Source: Cycas panzhihuaensis (lineage: Eukaryota > Plantae > Cycadophyta). From it: a stretch of DNA of 64,000 nt. The position numbers and the translations under genes are program-made. The DNA lies in the NCBI GenBank assembly GCA_023213395.1, contig CM041465.1:121031741-121095740 (forward strand), written 5' to 3'. The first letter of the stretch is position 1, and each line of letters begins with the position of its first letter. The notes under the pieces were generated by a model. The model did no database searches. It was given only the letters and a program-made list of their open reading frames with translations, and was not told the DNA's origin. Shown in pieces: positions 38,901 to 49,515 of the stretch.

Positions 38901-41900
38901 TGTTTTGGATTACAACACTTGTTGTGTATGATCAAGATGTTGTAGTTCATAATACATGCATGTTTTCATATTTCTTCACATGGTATTGGAGTTGAACGAA
39001 GTACATAGTTGAGGCAAGATTGGGTGAGCGTGATAAGAGCGAAGGCTACTTAGTAACGCAGGTAGAGCCTTGTTCTGTCAATTTTAATCTTCTCCAACAA
39101 CCAGAAGAGTGACACAGTGGTGTAATGGTGATTGAGGAGATGGATTTCAATTATCAATAAGGTTTTCTCACTGTTTGAGGTCAAAAAATCAAAATTGGGC
39201 ATATTTCATACTGTGTTGGGCTCATGTTGGAGCCATTAGATTTGGCTAGGTATGTTGGGCACTCCATAGGCTAGTTGGGCTCAATTTAAAGATGATCTAA
39301 TAGTGTTGGGCTATGTTGGGCATCACTTGGAAGTTATATGACATGATTGGGCATAAGATTTAATACTTGGTTATTAGAAAGGAGTTAGACAGAGCTTGTG
39401 GGAGTGATTGAATCCATTTACGAAGGTTTTCTGCTCTTAAAAAGGGTGTTGGGCAGTTTTAAGGACTAAAATGACACCTTTTTGATGCATGTTGAAGTGT
39501 TGCTCTGATTTGGTGTCGATAGACAACCTTTGATGCCTGTTTCTCACTCATGTGAATTGCTTGAAGATCATAGAAGGCTGTAGACTTGCTTGTAGATGAC
39601 AAGCAAAGCTTGCACTTGTTTTTCCAAGTTTGAGTAGGTCAGTTTAAGCTGTAATAAAGGAGGCATGTAGGAGATGCACCTGCTCGTGGAGGAGACATCA
39701 GATTTTGTGGAGCTGTCGGTCAATGTTTTGAGCCACCACTTCATATTTATCGATTAGTAACCTTAAGACCAAGGTTTAATACATTAATATTCCTTTTAAT
39801 CTTTGTTTTATGACTTTATTTAAGTCACGTGGAGATAAGGAAAGTTGCGTGGGTATAAAGTGGGCAGCCACCACTTTTGGAATATGCCTTTTGGCATATT
39901 GCTTTCTCAATATAAAAAGTGAATATAAATACCATCACATGAAGCCCTTTGATAATTTTCATTGGAATTTTAAAGTGGTTTGACATTCATGTCCAAAATT
40001 CAGACTTAGTTTTATGCTTATACTACTGATTATAGATGTTTTTTTCATTTGAAGCATTTATTTTCAAGTTTTTAAGTGTATTTTGGTGACCCATTAGTGG
40101 TGGGTATAAAAACATTGAAGCCTAGAACCTGTGTGACATAAATCTTGTGTGAAATCAACTGTTGCAATCATTAAATATCACATCTTTGGTAAATTTTGCT
40201 AGAAAGCAGAGATTGAGCAGTGTGTAGGGTGTTGTCTGTGTGACTAAACGTCAAGTAGTTTGGTGAAAAAAAATGTGTTTGTCAGTTTGCTTTTTATAAT
40301 AGAGAGGATGGTTCCTCAAGTTATTTTGAACAGAAATAATTTCAGTGAGTAGAAGGCTAACATGATGTTGGTTTTAATGGTGAATCAACTTTGGGGGATC
40401 ACCAAAGATGAGTTGCTTGTTATTCCGTTGGATGTGAAGGAGCAAACTCATGAAGAGGAGAAGCTATTGGGCTATTAAAATTGTCTTTGGTACTTGGCTA
40501 GAGGGCCATAGTCCACAATCTTGATAAACCAAACAAAATTTGGACAAAATTGTGTGAGATGTTTGAAAAGAAGAAGACAAATCGTCATGTTGCTTTGATG
40601 ATGGAGCTTCTTAATGCGATAGTGGAAGACGAAAGCAACATAAGCGCCTACTAGAATACAATAACTGATTTGAGGAACAAATTAGAATAAATTAAATTAG
40701 GTTTAATTGATGATGCACTGTTGTTTGCATTAGTTATGTCAAAACTATCAGATACATTTGGAATCTTTTAGACCATCTACGCGAGAGATGAAGTAATAGA
40801 GGGTGAATCATTTGAGAAAATGAAAGGTCTCATTCTATCCAAGGATGCCAAGTTGAAGCACCATGGTCTACTCGATGGTTCAGAATCAAATCAAGCCTTG
40901 GTCAGAGATGACGTTTAGGAAGGGAAGTCCACACAAAAGTTAGGAGAAATTTCTTGGAAGAAGAAGTTTGTTGGTAAATGTAATTACTACAAGAAGGATG
41001 GCCACAAAGAGGAGAATTGTTGTTTCAAAGAGCGGGGTAAATGCAAAGTAAGTAAGGATGAGAAAGGAAACCGCGTTGTAGCTTACTGTGTAAAAGAATT
41101 AGTTCTGTCAGCTAAGTCAAATTGGAGAGACTACTAGATTTTGGATTCAAGAGTGGAAAAACACATTTATTTTCAGAAGCAAAACTTTGAAGCATGGAAT
41201 ACTTGTCCTAGTGAAGCTGGAATCGTTCTTGGAGATGTGAGTGCAATGCTTGTTGAGGGCATTGGCATAATTTCTCTTGTGGGAGGAAAACTTAAAGGTG
41301 TGTATTACATACCAAAAATGACGATGAACTTTCTGTCAACCCAAGATATATGCAAACAAGATATGAAGGTTGAGCTCTACAAAGACAAATAGCTAATTAA
41401 GGATCCTAAGAAAAATTTATTTGTTATTGTTATTGGAAAAGTGAGGGATGATTTTTGGGTGTTTGAGAAGTTTCAACCCCATAATAGTTCCCATGCCTTT
41501 GTAGTTGGTGTTGATAATGTGAGCAAACTTTGGTATGAACACCTTGGACGCCTTAATTACAAAAGCATAGCACTTATAAATTGATTGAAAATGGTGGAAG
41601 GATTGCTCCATGTTTCTTGTTTAGAAGGTGTATGTGAAGGGTGCATGTATGAGAAGCATCACTGCTATCTTTTTGCTCGAGATCGTGCCTAGAGAGACAA
41701 GGAGAACCTGGAGCTTGTGCATTCTGATGTGATGGGTCCTCTCTCAAACCTTTCTATATCTGGAGTTCGCTATACTTTAATGTTTGTCGATGATTATACC
41801 AAGAAGGCCTGGGTATATTTTTTGAAGAATAAGTCTGAAGTGTTTGACTACTTTTGTGAATGGAAGGTACATGTCGACAATGAATGTGAAAAGGAAATAA

Positions 41901-42607
41901 AAATTCTAAGGAGTGATAATGAAAAGAAATATGACAATAATGCTTTCAATCAGTTCTATCTAAATCACGAAATAAAGTGAGAATTCATAGTCCCATACAC
42001 CCCACAACAAAATGGCATTGCTAAAAGAAAGAACCATACCATGATGGAAATGACAAGGTGTATGGTGCATGCGAAGAACTTACCGCCTAAATTTTGGGTA
42101 AAAGTTGTTGGGACTGTTATTTATATCCTAAATGGGATACCAGCAAAATCAGCTCCTAATGTGACCCCTAAAGAAAAGTGGACCAGTCGTAAATGTACCA
42201 TTGACCATTTGAAAACCTTTAGGTGTATTGCATATGTACACATCCCAAACAAAAATGGCAAAAAATTGTATCACAAGAGTTTGAAGTGTATATTTGTGGG
42301 TTATTTTAATCAAACAAAGCTTACAAATTGTGGGATCTACAAGGAAGAAAACTTGTGACGAGTCAGGATGTAAAATATGATGAGTCTAAGATGTATAATG
42401 CTGAGAAGATGTTGTCTGAGAATCCTTTTACCCCCCACTACTTTCATTTCCTATTGGTGCTTCATCAGTCGTAGAGGACAATGAACTAGGTGTTGTGATT
42501 CATACAAAAGAAGGACTGAGTGGAGAAGGTAATAATTAGGATCAATCACGTGTAGAGGCACCTACAACAGCAGGTGTTTCTATGCCATTGTTGGCCAAGA
42601 AGACCAT
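32910..42607 (+). mobile_element. Degenerate Ty1/Copia element (5' LTR split by a Gypsy insertion; gag, protease, integrase; 3' half missing)
   Basis: LTR ends ...TTCACA at 38980, followed by PBS-like TGGTATTGGAG. Knuckle CNYYKKDGHKEENC; integrase HSDVMGP, FVDDYTK, LRSDN. Left boundary approximate. Confidence 0.75.
33462..38917 (-). mobile_element. Full-length degenerate chromovirus (Ty3/Gypsy); LTRs 33462-33910 and 38469-38917
   Basis: Perfect TSD CTTGT (33457-33461, 38918-38922); iMet PBS (plus 38455-38466); PPT 33913-33923. RT MCVDY/PFGLTNA/FFDDIL, RNase H LECDASG, integrase ISMDFI, chromodomain EYLIKWK...ATWE. Confidence 0.95.
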
Positions 42608-43256
42608 TGTGTGTGGGAGATAAGTCACAAGATTTAGGGGTTTTTTAAGACAAAATAGAGTATAATTTTAGTTTTGAGGTGTGACCAATTGGAACTAGGT
42701 GTGGCCTATCGCGCCAAAGTGAGATCAGGTGCGACTTGGAGTGCAATCAAATCACAAACACTGTATGACTAGGTCGTAGGGTTGCAATCTAAGTTTTCTA
42801 CAGGGAAGAAAACTTGTGATGAGTCAGGATGTAAAATTTGATGAGTCTGAGATGTATCATGCTGAGAAGATGTTGTTTGAAGAATCCTTTTACCCCCCAC
42901 TACTTTCATTTCCTATTGGTGCTTCATCAATCGTAGAGGACAACGAACTAGGTGTTGTGATTCATACAAAAGAAGGACTGAGTGGAGAAGGTAATAATTA
43001 GGAGCAATCACGTGTAGAGGCACCTACAACAACAAGTGTTTCTATGCCATTGTTGGCCAAGAAGACCATTGTGTGTGGGAAATGAGTCACAAAAGATTTA
43101 GGGGTTTTTTAAGTCAAAACAGAGTATAATTCTAGTTTTGAGGTGCGACCAATTGCAACTAGGTGTGGCCTAGTGCGACAAATGAGATCAGGTGCGACTT
43201 GGAGTGCAATCAATTCACAAACACTGTACGGCTAGGTCATAGGGTTACAATCTAAG
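42336..43256. repeat. ~460-bp tandem duplication (42336-42793 and 42797-43256)
   Basis: Two collinear copies starting TCTACA(A/G)GGAAGAAAACTTGTGA and ending CAATCTAAG. Confidence 0.9.
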
Positions 43257-44200
43257 TGTGACCTGAATTGCGACTAAAACTCTAATTGTAATTAAAAGTT
43301 AGTTGAGGACTTATCTTCGTGTGAACATCATGTAATAAAATGGTCCGGTTAGTTAGAATGGCTAAGTCATCGATGTAACAGAATGTGTTATAGCTTGTAT
43401 AAGTAAGTTCGATGGATGTAACAGATGTCAGATATAGCTTTTGGATTTCGCTCTCTTGCATTCTATATTATAACGACTTGAGTTGTAGCTTGTATGTAGT
43501 TAGTTGTACTATTCAGCCTGCATATGGTTGTGAGAGGGTTGGACGTAGGCTCCTTTGTGAGTAATAAAGATTTGGTTTGCATTCACACGACGTAATTCCT
43601 TGTGCTTGCTTATCAGTGTAATGTGCATAAATTCATGTAAGATAACGTGACAACATGCATTGGTTCCATTGCCAATTGAACCCAAGGAAAAGAATTAAAC
43701 ATGGCTAGAGTTGAGTAGATGATTAGTTCCTCTTCCATGCCACCAAGGGTTGTGATGGAGAAGAAATCTAAGATGCACCAAGAATGAGGAGAATGTTGGG
43801 CTAAGGATAGAATTTAGGCGAGGGTTTGAAAACCTAGATTTTCGATTACAGCAAAGAAATAGGTGAAGAGGTGACCACCTACAAAAGCAACAGAGCAATG
43901 CAAGTTGATTTTGAAAGATAAGAGAGAAAAAGGAGATCGGGCTGATGAAATAACGGTCAAAAGTCATGCCCAAGAATTGGCAGCTCAAATAGAAGAAAAC
44001 CAATGGTGCATATTGGAAGAGGACCTCCTGAGGAAAGATCAGTTACAAGTAAAAGTTGCTGAAGAAGAGGAACATGTAGGTGTAACAATAACATTGAGCA
44101 ATGAAGGCAATTCCATAAATTTGGAATTATATAGTACAACTAGTGGACGGTGGGACTGTAGGAATGAGTGGATAGGAGTAGGAGACATGTCACAAAGCAC
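43070..44200 (+). mobile_element. Gypsy-type LTR (~43070-43655) with tRNA-Glu-like PBS and short internal remnant
   Basis: TG...CA ends, TATA-like element at ~43463, TGGTTCCATTGCC at 43661. Confidence 0.55.
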
Positions 44201-44892
44201 ATGTGAAAAGCGCACAAGAGATGACAATACGACAAATGACTCAACTCTCCAAATCTCATTAAGAAATATGCAAGGTACAAATACATATTTATAACTTTAC
44301 ACTAAGTCTAAACATAGGAGGTGGTTCAACAACTCCCATGATTTTTGGTGTGCTCAAACTACCTCATTAATAGTTGTAGCATCTTTGACTTCTAGAAACT
44401 TTGACTAGGAATTTTCTCTCACTAGAATATTCTCATCTAGAATATTCTGCGAGCAATTATTCTAAAGAAATGAAATGAACTTAAATGGACATGTAATGGG
44501 AATGTACATTATTCCAACACCCTCCCATAATGTTAAGTTCATTTCTTTACATAAACATCAGTGTCCTAAGTCTCTCAAAAATTCTAAGTGAGAATACAAC
44601 TTGAGGGACAATACATCAACTTAACTATGCGGTGCTCCATATGCTGTCGAATAGAATGATGGTGATCTTCCACAAGCTTGACTCTGTCATGGAATCCCAA
44701 TTCTTCGATAGTTGGAAGGCATTTGTTGTAGTAGAACAACTGAAGAAGTCAATTAAGCCCAAAATGGTTTTTCAAATCTTTGTATCACGCTTTGCATACC
44801 GTCTTGGTGGAATAAGCTATCCACATCAAGAGATCAACCAGAATTTAGGTGCTAATGCACAATCTGTCGTTGATTTGGCCTTTAACTGCTAC

Positions 44893-45075
44893 AAGAGATC
44901 AACCAGAACCAAGTGGTCAATGCACATCCTGTCGTTGATTTGGAACCAGAACTAAGTGTCATCCACATCCTATCGTTGAATTGACTCAACCAGAACTAAG
45001 TGGTCAATGCACATCCTGTCATTTGATTATGATCAACCAGAACTAAGTGTCATCAACATCCTGTCGTTGATTTGC
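44893..45075. repeat. Minisatellite, about four copies of 40-50 bp
   Basis: AACCAGAACTAAGTG(G)TCA..CACATCCTGTCGTTGATTT repeated. Confidence 0.8.
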
Positions 45076-46366
45076 GTTTGCAGTTTCCTTTACAAAGCTT
45101 CCAAAAAATTTCATCATCTTCATGCAGTACATGCTAGTTGTTATCATTAATGTGTGAAAATCACGCTCATTGTCTTGCTTCTCCAAATGTCATAATCTTG
45201 GCTTACAATATCGTGCTTGATTTTATGCACTATTGTCATTTTCCAAGACACTGTTGCTTAATAGAATTGTTAGGTGTTTTCATTAACACCGCAACACTGC
45301 TATTATCATTACCATAACATAATATGCTTCAGCAATAAGCTTACCCAACTCACAAATGAAAGAGTTTGAGGTAGACAAAGGTATGATAAGTATCATGCAG
45401 GTTGTTAAGAGTTATATACTCTACAATTCATAAGTCACTCGTCTATTTCAGTTTCTGCACATAGAGACTAGACATGTTTCAAGAGTAAGCAAGTATCAAG
45501 ACTCTAATAAATCGTTAAGAGTCATTTTGCATCATATGCAAACAAATAAAGATGAGCAATCTACTCATCAACCACTAGCAAATTGATGAATGCTAGTGTT
45601 CCAGGTTGTAATTCTGCCAAGTCATGTCAAGTCATGTTGTATGACACCATGTTGTGATATATTGTGGTGCACCATGTTGCCTTTAATTGGATATGATTAG
45701 GCTTCCTGTCTTCTCCTTCAACAATTCCCATAGGTCTTTTGTAGAGAATCCGGTGCAAACTGTTCCACATCTGCTCCCAAGGAACGCGATCTACTTGCTG
45801 ATATACGTGAGGATCTGTGAGTTGTCGCATAGCCTCGCCAACGTACCACGACTTGTTGAGAACCACTATGCCAAGGTTTTTGTCTGCAGGCTTGATGATA
45901 ATATTCCTGTCTCGTCGAAGTGAAGACAGGGCCTTCTGAAGTTTAGGCAGGAAAGGACTAGCTTCCTTTCGCAGGGTATCACGAAGCCGCTGGAGTAGAG
46001 TAGCTTTACCAATCCGGATGATTTGCTCGAGAGGGGGATAACGCTTGGGAGGGCTCCAGTTGGGATTGGGAATCCTGAAAGGATCGACTCGCTTCTTATC
46101 ATCTTCCTTGTTGAAGGAATGCCGGAGTCGCAGAAGATGAGCGAAGCTTTCATACTCCTTAGTTACATCCTGTGTGTTCATAGGAGGCGGGCGCGGAATG
46201 AACTTAAGACCGAATCCTAAGAGCTTACTCTCATAATAAGAGAGCCTTCTGTCAGAGAGGTTGTTGATTGCCAAATTTGTGATCCGGCGCTCTATCTGGG
46301 AAGGCAACATCCTGGAGAAAAATACCAAGGCAAAGTAAGCTCTATCAAGGACCGGTCCCCACCTTG

Positions 46367-48367
46367 TTAATCTTGCGCGCGCCTTGGGGTGGCGCTTCTG
46401 CCCCGAGAATGCGGACGAGCTCGAGGACCGCCACCCTGTTGATTCCATTGTGGTTGTTGGAACCACTGCGCTTGCGGCATCTGAGGAGGCTGCTGCTAGA
46501 ATTGGGTCGGCATCCCCTAAGGAACATTCATCGGCTAGAAATTCTGCCAACTCTGCCACGGACCTCGGTGCCTTTGAAGTGCGACGAGGTTGATTTTGTT
46601 GCGACTGCCTTCTTTCTGATGAGGTCGGCCGTGAGGCAGATCGGACAGGCGTCTTCGAACGAGCTCGCGAGTTCGACCTCTGATTTGAGGACGATGGCTG
46701 CGCAGCAGCGGGAGTGGAGCTGCTCCCTGCCCCACTCCCAAGTGGCTCATTTTTTGGACTCTGTTGATTTGCATTGTTGTTCTGTTGCCTGTTAGAGTTC
46801 TTCTTTCTTTTATTGTTCTTTTTGTTCTTTGCCTTCTTCGATTGATTACTGGAAGATGGCGGCGGGATCGATGACAAGCTGTGGAAGCGAGAACCGGACA
46901 AGAGATTTTTGAGGTCTCTGATCTGGGCTTGCAGTGGCGTGCCACGGTTATGATGTTGTTTACCAGTTCGGCAATCGAGGGTTCCACTTGCATAGTATCT
47001 GCATCATTCATTGTTGCATCACGAGCTTCATGTCGCGCGGAGTCAGCGGATTGTCTCAGACTATCGCCAATAGCTTTTTCCATCAGCCATTGGTTACGTT
47101 TGAATTCGAAATCTTCCACGGCTTTATCGAACCAAGCACCTGCAGTAGCTGTAGGAATAGCTGTGCCAAAAAAGTTAACCTGGAAAAGAGAGTTACAAAG
47201 AGTTTCCAGAACTTTCCTGAAGTTGGTGGAACTTTGCGTGATTTCGTCCCGGGCTTTGTCCTTAGCAGTAGCGAGAGAAAGGATATACTGGTCCAGGAAC
47301 TTGCCATTCGCTTCGTTCAGGATCTGCTCGAATGCGGCATGCATTTGCGCTTGCAGGACTTCGTCAGCAACCTTCGTTTTAGGAGGCGAGATCTTGAGAC
47401 TGGAAGGAAACGAACCCACGGCCTTGAGTTCCTGCATCTTGAGCTCCAAACGGGCGGATTTGTCATGCTGCCAAGTTTGCCTTTTAAATTCGGCAAACAC
47501 TTTGGAGACAAGGTTATTAATCTGCGGTGGAAGCGGAGAAGAAGAAGAAGAGGTAGATGGTTGATTAGCATTTGCAGGACGGGAGGAATTGTTAGCGGGA
47601 ACGGAAAAAGAAACTTGCCGAGCAGGAGGGATTGAGAAAGACGGAGGAATCGGTCTGCGATCATTGAGATGCTTTTCTAAATCGGTGCGTTGTTGCTCTG
47701 ACTCGGCGCGCTGTCTTTCAAAATCAGTACGTTGCGTTGCAAACTGTTCATCGAAACTTCCTTTCTGAATGGCTAGCTGCTCGTGGATCCGGCATTCAAA
47801 GTCATTCTATGTGGCCTGCAAACGCTAGCTCTGCGCCTCCTCGGCTTCTTTGCGCTCGATTTCAAGGCGACTGTGATAGGGATGCCTTTCAGTTTAAAGG
47901 GCTGTGACGGTGGACTGCAACATGGTGCGCTCTGCGTTAACTCTGTTAACATCCTCTCTGAGCTGCGATCTTTCTTCATTGAACTTTCTCCGATCTTCGT
48001 TGAACTGGGAACGAATCTCGTTGAATGAAGCGGCATCATCTCTGAGTCTGCGGTTCTCCCTACGAATAACTTCCATACGACCTTTGAACTTTAACCGATA
48101 ACTGCGCGCATAAGTTGCACGAATTTCTTGTAGGGCACGTTTGCGAACTTGTTCAAGTTCTACAGAAAGAATGTCTGGGACTGGAATAATTGCGGAGCCT
48201 GCTTGCTCTTGCGGCAGAACGACTGCTACACATTTTCTGCTGGAAACCTGCTGTGAATCAACAGACATGGATCGGGGGATTCTGTGAACTGGAATCTTGG
48301 TGGGGTTTTCAGCAGGGTTCTGAGAAGGGTTTTGAGAAGGATTCTCAGATGTTGAACTGGAAGTCAT
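46367..48367 (-). pseudogene. ORF1 of arm A, ~666 codons reconstructed (SQNP repeats, coiled coil, helical middle, basic/Ser/Gln-rich tail)
   Basis: ATG at 48367 and TAA at 46367-46369 are in one frame. The ORF is broken by C>T/G>A nonsense changes and compensating indels. The ORF-track pieces of 157 aa and 321 aa are parts of it. Confidence 0.75.
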
Positions 48368-48588
48368 TTTGAGGCAACGACTGAAACAAGATTTTAGGTT
48401 CTAAAACTGGATATAACTCAAGCGTGCAGCAGAAAAAGACTTAAGGTTCAAGAAATAAACTTAACCAAAAACAAGTGTAGCAGATATGGGAGAAACTTAA
48501 AAGAAATTAACTAAACTATTATTAGTACATGCAAAAAGAGCTAGGACATGAAAATACGACAACTTATCTTTATAAACTTGGAAAGGGA

Positions 48589-48627
48589 ATCCGAACGCGT
48601 TTCGCTCTTATGAGCTCATCAACGGAC
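48589..48627 (-). ncRNA. Minimal type I hammerhead ribozyme motif (U3 variant), arm A
   Basis: Minus strand reads GUCCG-UUGAUGA-GCUC(AUAA)GAGC-GAAAC-GC-GUU-CGGAU: stem I, core, stem II, GAAA and a palindromic mini-stem III. Confidence 0.8.
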
Positions 48628-48926
48628 ATGGATCTCCAAGTATAAAAGATGAGAATATATAGGCCTCAAGGTAATCGGGTGCCTTGCGCGGTAAGATTGC
48701 GCGGAAATCATGCCGATACCGAGGACCAATCAAATCCTAGCAAATGGGCGGGCAGATTAATAACCTTGCAGCAACTTTATTTGGGTAGCTGGATGCAGCA
48801 ACCTGAATGGGTTGCTCTGCATCAGGCCGAAATCTGCTCCTCATCAAGAAAGTACCGAGTTTCCTTGGATTTCTCCAACAAATCATAGCCCTCGGAATAT
48901 GCCTCAAGTCAGGGTCTTCTTGGCAA

Positions 48927-48997
48927 AGCCCAAAAAGTTTAGGGTTTAAGCTCACGCGTAAACTGGGAGTAGTCCTAAACCCTAAACTTTTTGGGCT
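48927..48997. promoter_or_regulatory. Palindrome axis 1: inverted telomere repeats/telo-boxes and site II motifs around a 27-nt loop
   Basis: AGCCCA-AAAAG-TTTAGGGTTTA [loop 48949-48975] TAAACCCTAAA-CTTTT-TGGGCT. Function is inferred. Confidence 0.6.
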
Positions 48998-49515
48998 TTG
49001 CCAAGAAGACCCCGACTTGAGGCATATTCCAAGGGCTATGATCTGTTCGAGAATCAAGCTCTGTGCTTGATGAGGAGCAGCGGCACGATCTTGAGCAACC
49101 GAGTTGCTACGGATCTAGTTCGATCGATGGTGCCGGAACAAATTAATCTGCCGCCCATATGCTAGGATTGATCGCCTTGTCGGCATGATTCTCACGCAAT
49201 CTTACGTGCAAGGCTGCCGACTGAGGTCTATATTCTTAGCCTGAGTAATTGGAGATCCATGTCCCCGGATGAGCTCATAAGCGGCAGCGTTCAGATTTCC
49301 TTTCCAAGTTTATAAAGATAAGTTGTTTTATTTTCATGTCCTAGCTCTTTTTGCATGTATTAATAATCGTTTAGTTAATTTCTTTTAAGTTTCTCCCATA
49401 TCTGCTACACTTGTTTTTGGTCAAGTTTATTTCTTGAACCTTAAGTCTTTTTCTGCACTTCGAAAGTTATATCCAGTTTTAGAACCTAAAATCTTGTTTC
49501 AGTCGTTGCCTCAAA

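Larger units (their letters stand above)
45740..48948 (-). mobile_element. Penelope-like element, arm A (5' region, ORF1, RT N-terminus; 3'-truncated)
   Basis: NLSDRRLS...LLGFGLKFIPRP and IIIKPADKNLGIVVLN are typical N-terminal RT motifs of Penelope-like elements. Inverted copy of arm B. Confidence 0.9.

Noticed and set aside
44893-45075. Repeats with variable spacing resembling a CRISPR array (also 900-1040)
   Set aside because: Eukaryotic context, no unique spacers and no cas genes; ordinary minisatellites.
45627-46901. 424-aa ORF as a real ORF1-RT fusion protein
   Set aside because: It arises from an arm A-specific indel near 46580, and its C-terminus reads into flanking DNA.
48949-48975. 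Palindrome as a pure nanopore fold-back artefact
   Set aside because: The arms carry consistent substitutions (A=C, B=D) and the same asymmetric loop occurs twice with CpG decay. Read-level confirmation is still advised.
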